From: Chiloscyllium plagiosum | Lineage: Eukaryota | Direction of reading: 5' to 3' | Length of the DNA stretch: 63,574 nt | Assembly (NCBI RefSeq): GCF_004010195.1 | Contig: NC_057756.1 | Coordinates: forward strand, 9,516,151-9,579,724 | Shown here: positions 13,110-25,200 of the stretch, piece by piece | How positions within the stretch are numbered: position 1 is the stretch's first letter | How the letters are laid out: every line of letters starts with the position of its first letter | Notes under the pieces: model-generated | The model's database searches: none | What the model was told of the DNA's origin: nothing | What the model saw: only the letters and a program-made list of their open reading frames with translations | Made by a program: the position numbers and the translations under genes

Positions 13110-14555
13110 GCAAGATATTCGTATCATTGATAGTCACAGGTGAGGTGCCGGAAGACTGGAGGTTGGCTAATGTGGTACCATTGTTTAAGAAGGGTGGTAA
13201 GGACAAGCCAGGGAACTATAGACCAGTGAGCCTGGTGGTGGGCAAGCTGTTGGAGGGAATCCTGAGGGACACGATGTACATGTATTTGGAAAGGGAAGGA
13301 CTGATTAGGGGTCATCAACATGGCTTTGTATGTAGGAAATCATGTCTCACAAACTTGATTTAGTTTTTTGAAGAAGTAATAAAGAGGATTGATGAAGGCA
13401 GAGCGGTAGTTGTGATCTATATGGACTTCAGTAAGGCGTTCGACAAAGTTCCCCATGGGAGACTGGCTAGCAAGGATGGAGCTCATAGAATACAGAAATG
13501 GCTCAAAGATAGAAGACAGAGGGTGGTGGTGGAGGGTTGTTTTCAGACTGGAGGCCTGTGACCAGTGGTGTTCCACAAGGATCGGTGCTGGGTCCACTAC
13601 TTTTTGTCAATTACGTAAATGATTTGGATGTGAGCATAAGAGGTACAGTTAGTAAGTTTGCAGGTGACACCAAAATTTGAGGAGTAGTGGACAGCGAAGA
13701 AGGTTACCTGAGATTACAATAGGATCTTGACCAGATGGGCCAATGGGCTGAGAAGTGGCAGATGGAGTTTAATTCAGATAAATACGAGGTGCTGCATTTT
13801 GGGAAAGCAAATCTTAGCAGGACTTATACACTTAATGGTAAGGTCCTAGGGAGTGTTGCTGAACAAAGAGACTTTGGAGTGCAGGTTCATAACTCCTTGA
13901 AAATTGAGTCACAGGTAGATAGGATAGTGAAGAAGGCATTTGGTATGCTTTCCTTTATTGGTCAGAGTATTGAGTACAGGAGTTGGGAGGTCATGTTACA
14001 GGACCTTGGTTAGGCCACTTTTGGAATATTTCGTGCAATTCTGGTCTCCTTCCTATTGGAAAGATGTTGTGAAACTTGAAAGGGTTCAGAAAAGATTTGC
14101 AGGAATGTTGCCAGGGTTGGAGGATTTGAGCTACAGGGAGAGGCTGAACAGGCTGTTGCTAATTTCCCTGGAGTGTCAGAGGCTGAGGGGTGACCTTATA
14201 GAAGTTTACAAAATCATGAGGGGCATGGATAGAAAAAATATACAAAGTCATTTCCCTGGGGTCAGGGAGTCCTGAAGTAGAGGGCATAGTTTTCAGGTGA
14301 GAGGGAGAAGATATAAAAGAGACCTAAGGGTCAACTTTTTCCACACAGAGGGTGGTACATGTGTGGAGTGAGCTGCCAGTGGTGGAGGCTGGTACAATTG
14401 CAACATTTAAAAGGCATTTGGATGGGTATATGAGTAGGAAGGGTTTGGAGGAATATGGGCCGGGTGTGGCAGGAGGAACTAGATTGGGTTCGGATATCTA
14501 GTTGGCATGGACGGGTTGGACCGAAGGGTCTATTTCCATGCTGTACATCTCTGTG
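13110..14555 (+). mobile_element. CR1/HER1 LINE, RT to 3' end
   Basis: VPEDWRLANVVPLFKKGGKDKPGNYRPVSL...; absent from duplication copy A. Confidence 0.93.
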
Positions 14556-16200
14556 ATGCTGTAAGTGCACTGCATTGTCCTGGATGGTGTTGTGTTTCTT
14601 GAATGTCATTGGAGCTGCATTCATCCAGGCAAGTGGGCCTTATAAATAATGGACAGATTTTGGGGAGTCAGTAGGTGAGTTATTCACTATAGTACGTCTG
14701 CCCTCTGACATGCTGTTGTAGCCACTGTTTATATAGGCAGAAGTGGGTATTGCAGATGCTGGAGATTAGAGTCAAGATTAGAGTGGTGCTGGAAAAGCAC
14801 AGCAGGTCAGGCAGCATGCGAGGAGCAGAAAAATCAATGGTTCAGGCAAAAACCCTTCATCAGGATGTTGAAAACCACCATTCTGGTGAATGGTAGCTCA
14901 GAGATGCTAAAGCTGGGAAATACAGTGAAAGTAACACCAGTGAATGTCAATCAGTGGGTAGGTTCACTCTTAAAGATGATTATAGCCAGACATTAGTATG
15001 GCACCAATGTTACATTCTGCTTTTCAGACAAGGTGGAATTTTGACATTGACTGGTTCCACTTCATTTTGATGCAAAACCATTTTGATAATATGGGTTCAT
15101 AAACTAATTGGAGATGTTTGTATGTTGAGATTTTGGGTTTGTATTGCACTCTCCCAAATGCAAGAAGTGTTGTTTGGATATTAATGCATTCCCATATGTT
15201 TGCATTAGAATTATCAAAATTCTGATGGCCAGTTATCTGTCGCTGTGTGAGGGTAAAAGAAAGGAGGAAGAGCTAAGTGGAGAATAAATTTTGGAATTCT
15301 CAAACAAAAAAAGGGAACACAGGAAATAAGACTCTCCAGTGGCATTGTTATGCATAAAGAGAAGACAGACTGGTGTTACCTTACCATCTGCTAAGTCATA
15401 CATTGGCAAATATAGTTTGAAGAAGTTGACTTATGCCATGAGCAGATTGCAGGTGAACTTGGTCATGAATTATAAATTCATCTTTACATTAAATAGTGCA
15501 TCCTTTAAATTACAATGGTGCTTGAAAGTTTAAAATCAGTGGAAAAATCATCAATTTGCTAGGAAACCACTTCCTGATATGCTTTCAAATCATTAAGGAG
15601 ATATTGTCATGGATACCTTGCAGAACAATAAAAGATCAAACAACTATGGCATTTAAAAAAAATCACTGTTCATAAACAGAGATCTCTGAAAGAGAACTCA
15701 TTTAAGTTGCATTGTAAGATGAGTTCAAAGCTGTATATCTGTTCAGCAAGGTAGCTGTAATTGTTGTTTCCAAAAACCCCTCCATTTCACACCTGGACCC
15801 AACATACCCTTCTCAGCTCTGGAATTGTGGTTTGGAGGGGTGGGTTTCCCTCAGTTAGCTGAGAGGCAGGTCTCCACAATGTTGAGTGTTAGCAAGACTA
15901 ATACCTTTAAATTGTTCATCCCACCCAGTGTAATGGGCAGTATAGAAAACCCACACGAGTGTGGTAGGATCAAGTTGTATGAGGAGGTGTCCAAAATCTC
16001 AAAATTCTGTTGAGATACAGAAAGGCTGATAGGTTAATGGGAGGATAAGGCATTTGATGGCAATGGAAAAAGGGAAGAGGATAGGACCAGGAAAAAAAAG
16101 GTAGGCAAGGAGAATGGATGAAAGGAAGGAATTAGACTTTATCCTCACCCAAAATACTCCTACCAGAAGAACGAATTTCCCACAAATGAAAAAGAACACT

Positions 16201-16233
16201 TTTATTGTATTTTTTCCAACAATACACTTTATT
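16201..16233 (-). terminator. Candidate PRDM9 polyadenylation signals
   Basis: Two minus-strand AATAAA (16228-16233, 16201-16206) about 480-500 nt after the stop codon. Confidence 0.5.
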
Positions 16234-16298
16234 TCAAAAATTCTTAAGAGTATGTCATAAAACATCTCAACTTCCAAATGACAGAAAGTGTAATAAAA

Positions 16299-16490
16299 TT
16301 CAAACTTGTCTGCATATGGCAGAATACACATGTAGGAGATTAAGTACAATTGTAACTGCCTTTTCTTTAAGGCATACAGTCCAAGGGGAAGGTTCAAACT
16401 TGTCTGCATATGGCAGAATACACATGTAGGAGATTAAGTACAATTGTAACTGCCTTTTCTCTCAGGCATACAGTCCAAGGGGAAGGTTCA
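16299..16490. repeat. 94-bp tandem duplication in the PRDM9 3' UTR
   Basis: caaacttgtctgcatatggcagaatacacatg...ggggaaggtt repeated at 16301 and 16395, near identical. Confidence 0.93.
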
Positions 16491-16706
16491 TGTGGGGACT
16501 GGCAACAGTAAAGTGGTTATATTTTCAGTCACCAATGCAACCAAACAGCAAAAAAAAAACAATAATCAGTGACCTTTCACTGTCCCTGTAATGAATCTGT
16601 CGATGGGACAAAGATGAAACACACTCTTTAATCACTTTAATCAGTTAAAACGGAAAAATAAATATTGAAAGCAAGCAAAACAGCAAATTATTTATCATTT
16701 GCTATA

Positions 16707-19285
16707 TCAGGATTCAAAACAGTTTCTCAGGTGAGCTTTAAAAGTTGCTGAATTTTTAAAGTCATTTCCACAATGTCGGCAGGTTTTATAACACGTGTGA
16801 GCTATCAACTGATAGAGATAAACAAAGGTCTCCCCACAGTCAGGACATTTATACGGCCTCGCTCCTGTGTGGGTCTGCTGGTGACGATGGAGGTTCGAAG
16901 CCTGTGTGAAACTCTTTCCACAGTCAGTACATTTATGCAGCCTTTCTCCTGTGTGGGTCCGCTTGTGAGAATGGAGGTACCCAGACCATGTGAAACTCTT
17001 TCCACAGTCAGTACATTTATACGGCTTCTCTCTTGTGTGGGTCCGCTGGTGAGAATGGAGGTCCCCAGACTGTGTGAAACTCTTTCCACAGTCAGTACAT
17101 TTATACAGCCTTTCTCCTGTGTGGGTCCGCTTGTGAGAATGGAGGTCCCCAGACCGTGTGAAACTCTTTCCACAGTCAGTACATTTATACGGCCTCACTC
17201 CTGTGTGGGTCCGTTGGTGACAATGGAGGCTATCAGATCGTGTGAAACTCTTTCCACAGTCAGTACATTTATACGGCCTTTCTCCTGTGTGGGTCCGCTG
17301 GTGAGAATGGAGATGTCCAGACCGTGTGAAACTCTTTCCACAGTCAGTACATTTATACGGCCTCACTCCTGAGTGGGTCCGCTGGTGAGAATGGAGATAT
17401 CCAGACCGTGTGAAACTCTTTCCACAGTCAGTACATTTATACGGCCTCTCTCCTGTGTGGGTCCGCTGGTGAGAATGGAGATATCCAGACCGTGTGAAAC
17501 TCTTTCCACAGTCAGTACATTTATACGGCCTCTCTCCTGTGTGGGTCCGCTGGTGAGAATGGAGATGTCCAGACGATGTGAAACTCTTTCCACAGTCAGT
17601 ACATTTATATGGCCTCTCTCTTGTGTGGGTCCGCTGGTGAGAATGGAGATATCCAGACCGTGTGAAACTCTTTCCACAGTCAGTACATTTATACGGCCTC
17701 TCTCCTGTGTGGGTCCGCTTGTGAGAATGGAGATGTCCAGACCATGTGAAACTCTTTCCACAGTCAGTACATTTATATGGCCTCTCTCTTGTGTGGGTCC
17801 GCTGGTGACAATGGAGATCCCCAGACCGTGTGAAGCTCTTTCCACAGTCAGTACATTTATACGGCCTTTCTCCTGTGTGGGTCCGCTGGTGACAATGGAG
17901 GTTCCGAGTCTGTGTGAAACTCTTTCCACAGTCAGTACATTTATACGGCCTCTCTCCTGTGTGGGTCCACTGGTGACAATGGAGGCTATCAGATCGTGTG
18001 AAACTCTTTCCACAGTCAGGACATTTATACGGCCTTTCTCCTGTGTGGGTCCGCTGGTGACGATGGAGGGTCGAAGCCTGTGTGAAACTCTTTCCACAGT
18101 CAGTACATTTATACGGCCTCTCTCCTGTGTGGGTCTGCTGGTGATGATGGAGGTTCGAAGCGTGTGTGAAACTCTTTCCACAGTCAGTACATTTATATGG
18201 CCTCTCTCCTGTATGGGTCCGCTGGTGACAATGGAGGTCCCCAGACCGTGTGAAACTCTTTCCACAGTCAGTACATTTATACGGCCTCACTCCTGTGTGG
18301 GTCCGCTGGTGACGATGGAGGGTCGAAGCCTGTGTGAAACTCTTTCCACAGTCAGTACGTTTATACGGCCTTTCTCCTGTGTGGGTCCGCTGGTGACAAT
18401 GGAGATGTCCAGCCTGTGTGAAACTCTTTCCACAGTCAGTACATTTATACGGCCTCTCTCCTGTGTGGGTCTGCTGGTGACGATGGAGGTTCGAAGCGTG
18501 TGTGAAACTCTTTCCACAGTCAGTACATTTATACGGCCTCTCTCCTGTATGGGTCCGCTGGTGACAATGGAGATCCCCAGACCGTGTGAAACTCTTTCCA
18601 CAGTCAGTACATTTATACGGCCTCACTCCTGTGTGGGTCCGCTGGTGACAATGGAGGTTCCGAGCCTGTGTGAAACTCTTTCCACAGTCAGTACATTTAT
18701 ACGGCCTCACTCCTGTGTGGGTCCGCTGGTGACAATGGAGGTCCCCAGACCGTGTGAAACTCTTTCCACAGTCAGTACATTTATACGGCCTCACTCCTGT
18801 GTGGGTCCGCTGGTGACAATGGAGGCTATCAGATCGTGTGAAACTCTTTCCACAGTCAGTACATTTATACGGCCTTTCTCCTGTGTGGGTCCGCTGGTGA
18901 CAATGGATGTTCCCAGACCATGTGAAACTCTTTCCACAGTCAGGATATTTATGTACCCTCTCTCCCAAATGGGTTCGCTGGTAGATCCCAGACAATGGGA
19001 AATTCTTACCATGGTCAGTACATTTGTGCAGTCGTTCTTCTTTGTGGATTTCTTGCTGCAAGTGATTTTCATCTGATTTAGTAAATTCTCTATTCTGGAT
19101 GGATTCTGTAAATAATCCCTCCTGATTTTGTTGATGCATACGATCATTTTTATTGAAAGGAGTAGACTGTCCTGCTGAAACCTGACCACATGATACAGGA
19201 TGTCTTCTGATATGCTTCTGAAGAAAACTGGCAGTGGTAAATGCAACATTGCAGTGAGGGCAAGGATAACACTCATCTTCCTCTC
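16707..19285 (-). CDS. PRDM9: PRDM9 terminal exon: post-SET zinc finger, spacer, degenerate fingers, 24 tandem C2H2 repeats and divergent C-terminal fingers
   Basis: Acceptor tcattag|GA GAG GAA at 19285; frame gives [29 protein letters not shown] (post-SET finger), in frame with ORF 16707..19139; stop at 16707-16709. Confidence 0.95.
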
Positions 19286-22200
19286 CTAATGAGCTGCCAG
19301 AGGAAGTGGTGGAGGCTGGTACAATTACAACATTTAAGAGGCACCTGGATGGGTATATGAATAGGGAGGGTTTGGAGGGAAAAGGGCCGGGTGCTGGCGG
19401 GTGGGGCTATATTGGGTTGGGATATCTGGTCGGCATGGACAGTTGGACCGAAGCGTCTATTTCCATGCTGTACATCTCTATGACTCAATGACAGTCAGTA
19501 TGCTTCAAATGGCAATATTTCAGGGCTAGAGAAATTTGGGACATCCCAAATACATCCAAACCTCTGCCAAGATTGCCTTTCTTTCTTTACTTGGAAGTAT
19601 CAGGATGATTTTAAGAAAACAGTTCCTGAATTCAGTACCTACTTCAATGTGTAAACAGTCTGCGACTCAGAGACAACAACAGAGTCAATAAGAAGGGCCC
19701 ACATTATAAAGGTGAAAGGCAGGAAGTTTTGAGAAGATTTCAGAAAAACATTTTTTTACCCAGTGAGTGGTGGGGCTCTGGAATGCACTGTCTGGGTGGA
19801 TAATTGAGGCAAAGAACCTCACAACCTTTAAAGACTACTTGGATAAGCACTTGGAGTGTCACAACAGTCAAGGCAAAGGGCATTGTGCTGCAAAGTGGGA
19901 CTAGTATAAATTGAGAGTTGATTTGTTAGCACAGACTTGATAGGCTGAACAGCCTCTTCTGTATTGTATGATTCTATGACAAGACCTGAGAAGGACTGAC
20001 ACATCAACATGTCATTCTCTAGGGGAATCAGGAAAGGGAATAAAGTCATAGAGACGTACAGCATGGAAACAGACCCTTCAGTCCAACTCATCCATGCTGA
20101 CCAGATATCCCAACTCAATCCAGTCCCAACTGCCAGCACCCGGCCCATATCCCTCTACACCCTTCTTATTCATATACCCATCCAGATGCCTTTTAAATGC
20201 TGCACTTTTATTAGCCTCCACTACTTCCTCTGGCAGCTCATTCCATATACATACCACCCTCTGTGTGAAAAAGTTGCCCCTTAGGTCTCTTTTATATCTT
20301 TCCCCTCTCACCCTAAACCTATGCCACTCTAGTTCTGGACTTGCTCCACCGCAGGGAAAATACTTTGTCTATTTATCCTATCCATGCCCCTCATGATTTT
20401 ATAAACCTCTAAAGGCCACCCCCTCAGCCTCTGACAATTCAGGGAAAACAGCCCCAGCCAATTTAGCCTCTCCCTATAGCACAAATCTTCTAGTCCTTGT
20501 AAATCTTTTCTGTTCCCTTTCAAGTTTCACAACATCCTTCTGATAGGAACAGGACATTGGTTAGGCCACTGTTGGAATATTGCGTGCAATTCTGGTCTCC
20601 TTCCTATTGGAAAGATGTTGTGAAACTTGAAAAGGTTCAGAAAAGAATTACAAGAATGTTGCCAGGGTTGGAGGATTTGAGCTACAGGGAGAGGCTAAAC
20701 AGGCTGGGGCTGTTTTCCCTGGAGTGTCAGAGGCTGAGAGGTGACCTTATAGAGGTTTACAAAATTATGAGGGGCATGGATAGGGTAAAGAGGCAAAGTC
20801 TTTTTCCTGGGGTCGGAGTGTCCAGAACTAGAGGGCATAGGTTTAGGGTGAGAGGGGAAAGATATAAAAGAGACCTAAGGGGCAATGTTTTCATGCAGAG
20901 GGTGGTATGTATATAAAATGTGCTGCCAGAGGAAGTGGTGGAGGCTGGTACAATTGCAACATTTAAAAGGCATTTGGATGGGTATATGAATAGGAAGGGT
21001 TTGGAGGCATATGGCCAGGTGCTGGCAGGTGGGACTAGATTGAGTTGGGATATCTGGTCGGCATGGACGAGTTCGACCGAAGGGTCTGTTTCCATGCTGT
21101 ACATCTCTATGACTCTATGAGGAAGGATACCAGAATTGCATGCAACATTCCAAAACTGGTCCAACCAATGTTCTGTACAGCCACAACATGACCTCCCAAC
21201 TCCGACCAAGAAGAAATGAGGAACAATACCACCAGACCTCCAGTCCAGAGAGGACCTTTTGCAGTATAAACATAATTTAGCTGAACCTAATCTTCATCAC
21301 TCTCTGTGCTCTATGGTAAACACAAAGATCAAACAGTCAATTATCTGTGTTCTCTGGTGAATTTTTTTTAAAACCAGTTAATATAATTCTATCCTTAGCT
21401 GCTTTATCACAAAATCAAATAAGTTAAACATCTTTAATGAACATCTCTGAAACCTTCAAGGCACAACATGGAAAACATTCACGCCTTCCATTTGACATTA
21501 CGCAACTGAAGTCTCCCATTTTGAATCTGTTCTGGTAAATCTCCACTGAACATGCCTCAGCACATTGTCATTTTTTTCCAAATCGAGATGCCCAGAATTT
21601 GAAACAGCATTCCATCTGAAGTCAAAAAGGCCATTTATAAAGGTTTCTCAAAGCGCATTTGTGTCACGTCAGTAAGTCCTTATCGATGTATTAAATGCCT
21701 TTCTGAGTTATGTGAATCTCCAGATTCCTCTTCATGCATCAACTTTTAATCAATGCCACTGAATTTACATAATCACTCCTCACACTACTCTGAATTGAAT
21801 TTCATCTGCTGTGTCTTCCCACTGTATGTCGATCTGCATCTTCCGGTGGTCCTCCACGCTCCTCTTCACTATTTACTATATTTTCAAGTTTTGGCAGCTG
21901 CAAATACGATCAGGTATCCAAAAACAGGTCATTAATACATAGAATCAGCAGGAGGTCCAGTACTGTCCACTGGAATGAACCAGATTATAACCATCTAATA
22001 AGCAGACATTCCATCCAGAATTATTCTTTACTTCCTGATACTTAAACCTATTTTATGTTCATGTTGCCACTCCTCCTTCACTACAAGGATTTCTATTCAA
22101 CTAACAATTCTATTATGTGGCAATTTATCAAACAATGTTGATATTAAAACAAACAGAAAATGGCTAATTTTATTAAGTTCTCAATTTTGGACAGAATCCT

Positions 22201-25200
22201 TACCTTTTGGATTTTGTTTCATCATCCACATTGCTGTCCATTTGATTCCAAGCTCCTTGGCATATTCGTCACCATACCAGACCAGCAGCTCGCACCGAGG
22301 AGGAACACGCTTGCAGGTTCTGTAATAAATTTTGCCATGGTGCTGAAAGGCTACAAGATTCTGCTCCTCTTCCTTTCTGGCACAGTTAACAAATCTGGAA
22401 CATAACAAGTGAATACTTAACTGACCAAACGTCAGTTCAAATTGTTGCATGAACACAGGTTGAGAAGCAGAACAAAAATGTGTCAGAATGACAGGGCATA
22501 CCTCTATCCATTACAAAATTACAATGCATGCTATGCATACTGTACAAGATAATTGTGTCAACATTTCAAAGGAGATGGGGAGGGATTTTAGAAGGGCAGC
22601 ATGGTAGTTAGCATTGCTGCCTCACAGTGCCAGGGTCCTAGGTTCGATTCCCTCCTTGGGCCACTCTCTGTATGGAGTTTGCACATTCTCCCTGTGTCTG
22701 CGTGGGTTTCCTCCGGGTGCTCCGGTTTCCTCCCACAGTCCAAAGATATGCAGAACAGGTGAATTGGCCATGCTAAATTGCCCATAGTGTTAGGTGCATC
22801 AGTCAGGTGTAAATATAGGGTAGGGGAATGGGTCTGGGTGGATTACTGTCCGGAGGGTCAGTGTGGACTGATTGGGCTGAATGGCCTGTTTCCATGCTGT
22901 AGGGAATCTAATCTAAAAATAGAAGAGAGGATAGATTTACCCAAAAATATGGGTTTCCCAGTTTTCTCATCGAACTTCTGCAATTCTTCTTCCGAAAAAC
23001 ACCCAAATGTTTGGACCAAAGCTTTTGTTAGATACCTTAGATTCATCATCCTTCAGCATAGAGACAGACCCTTTGGCCCAAACTGGTTCATGCTAACCAA
23101 AATGTCCACCCATGCTAACCCCATTTTCCTGCATTTGGCCCATATCCTTCTAATCATTTCCTATCCAAGTATTTGTCCAAATGCCTTTTAAATGCTGTTA
23201 ATGTACCCGCCTCAACCACTTCCGCTGGCAGCTCACTAACATTAACAATACCACCCACTGTGTAAAGTAGTTGCCCCTCTTTTATTCTTTCCTGTCTAAC
23301 CTTTAACTGATGCCCTGTAGTTCTCAATTTCCCAACCTTGGGAAAAAGACTGAGTGCATTACCCCATCCATGCCTCTCATGATTTTCTGTCCTTCTGTAA
23401 TATCACCCCCTCTGCCTCCTACTATCTAAAACAAAAAGTGCTAGCTTGCCCAACCTCTCCCTATAACTCAGACCCTTGAGTCCTGGCAATATCCCTGTAA
23501 ATTTCTTCTGCACTCTTTCCATTTAATGATTTGGAGATGCTGGTGTTGGACTGGGGTGTACAAAGTTAAAAATCACACAACACAAGGTTGAGCTCAAAAA
23601 CTGCATGAATTTATGTAAAACTCCGTTATCTCACTCTTTAGATTAGAATCAATCTAAACATCATGGCATAGACAGCGAACACAGGGGGCCAACACCTTCA
23701 ACATATTGTCTAGCTATCACTATTGTTAACAGCTAACCCGAGAATGCAACTTTAAAGAAGGTTTTGTGATTTACACATGAAAGAAGTGAAACTATCACTG
23801 TATTCTAACAGATGAAAGGCTTAACAGACAATCAATTTTTCAATGTATAATTTCAGTTACATCACACTGTAAATTTTTGCTATAAAATTCTGTGTTACGA
23901 TCGAGCCCTCCACTATCACGAGATGAAGGAGCGTCGCTCCGAAAGCTAGTGTGCTTCCAATTAAACCTGTTGGACTATAACCTGGTGTTGTGTGATTTTT
24001 AACTTTCCATTTAATAACATCCTCCTGACAGCAAAGTGACCAAAACTGAACACAATACCCAAGTGCTGTACAATGTCTATACTCAATGTGCCAAAAGCTT
24101 TCATCACTGAGCTCTCTACCAATGACTCCACTTTGATAGAACCATGCACCTGAACTCCAAGTTCGCTCTGTTCCACAACACTCTTTAAAGCCCTATCATT
24201 CACCGTGCAACTCCTACCTGGATTTGACTTTACAAAATGCAAGACTTCACACTTATCTATATGAAACTCTATTGCCATTTCTCGGCTGATCAAGGTCCTG
24301 CTGCAATTTTTCTCACTGTCCATGATACCTACTTTTTGATAATCTTCCTCACTGTCCATGACACCTATTTTTGTGTCATCTTCAAACTTACTAATCATGT
24401 TGTACAGTGGCTCAGCAGTTAGCATGTTGCCTCACAGAGTCAGGGACCAGTGTATGATTCCAGCCTCAGGCAAATGTCTTTGTGAAGTGGAGTTTGCACA
24501 TTCTCTGCATGTCTGGTGGGTTTCCTCAGGGTGCTCAATGCAAAGATGAGCAGGTTAGGTGAATTAGCAATGTTAAATTGTGCATAGTGTTCAGGGATGT
24601 GTAGAATCGGTGCATCAGTCAGGGTAAATGTACAGTACTAGGGCTGTGAGATAGGCCTGGGAGGGTTACTCTTCGGAGGATCAGTGTGGAGATGTTAGCC
24701 CTGTGTCAAGGTTCAAGGGCGTTCGCACCCATAATCCTCTGACAGAAGAAATTCCTGATTATTTCACTCTTACATTTCACATCCCTTCAGTCTGAGACTG
24801 TGCCCTCTGGTTCGAGATTCTCCCATGAGGAGAAACATCCTCTCAGCATTTATCTTGTCAAGCCCTTTAAGAAGTCTCTACATTTCAATTAGATCACTTC
24901 TCTTTCTTCTAAACTTCAGTGAGTAGAGACACAATCTGTTTAGCCTTTCTCATGAGACAATCCCTCCATGCCAGGGATCATCTTCATGAACCTTTGTTGA
25001 ATTGCTTCCAACGAAATTACACACTCTCTTAAATAAGGGATCCAAAACTGCTCACACTCCTCCAGGTGCAGTCTCATCAGCACCTTGAACAGGTGAAGTA
25101 ATACTTCCCTAATCTGATGCTCCAACCCCTTTGAAATAAGGGCCAGCTTTCTATGTTTTGTCTGCAAGTACCTCAAGTCCCTTTATGTTGCAACTTTCTG

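Larger units (their letters stand above)
4300..15705 (+). repeat. Diverged tandem segmental duplication (copy A ~4300-9030, copy B ~9620-15705)
   Basis: Colinear matches: 4790/10079, 6090/11380, 6730/12150, 7950/12790, 8260/14570, 8500-9020/15165-15700. Confidence 0.88.

Noticed and set aside
16854..18869. CRISPR-like repeat/spacer appearance
   Set aside because: Units are in-frame C2H2 fingers in a eukaryotic exon; variable parts are only a few codons
16773..19076. Long plus-strand ORFs (199 and 567 aa) and alternate-frame minus ORFs over the array
   Set aside because: Shadow frames of an 84-bp coding repeat; no independent gene signals
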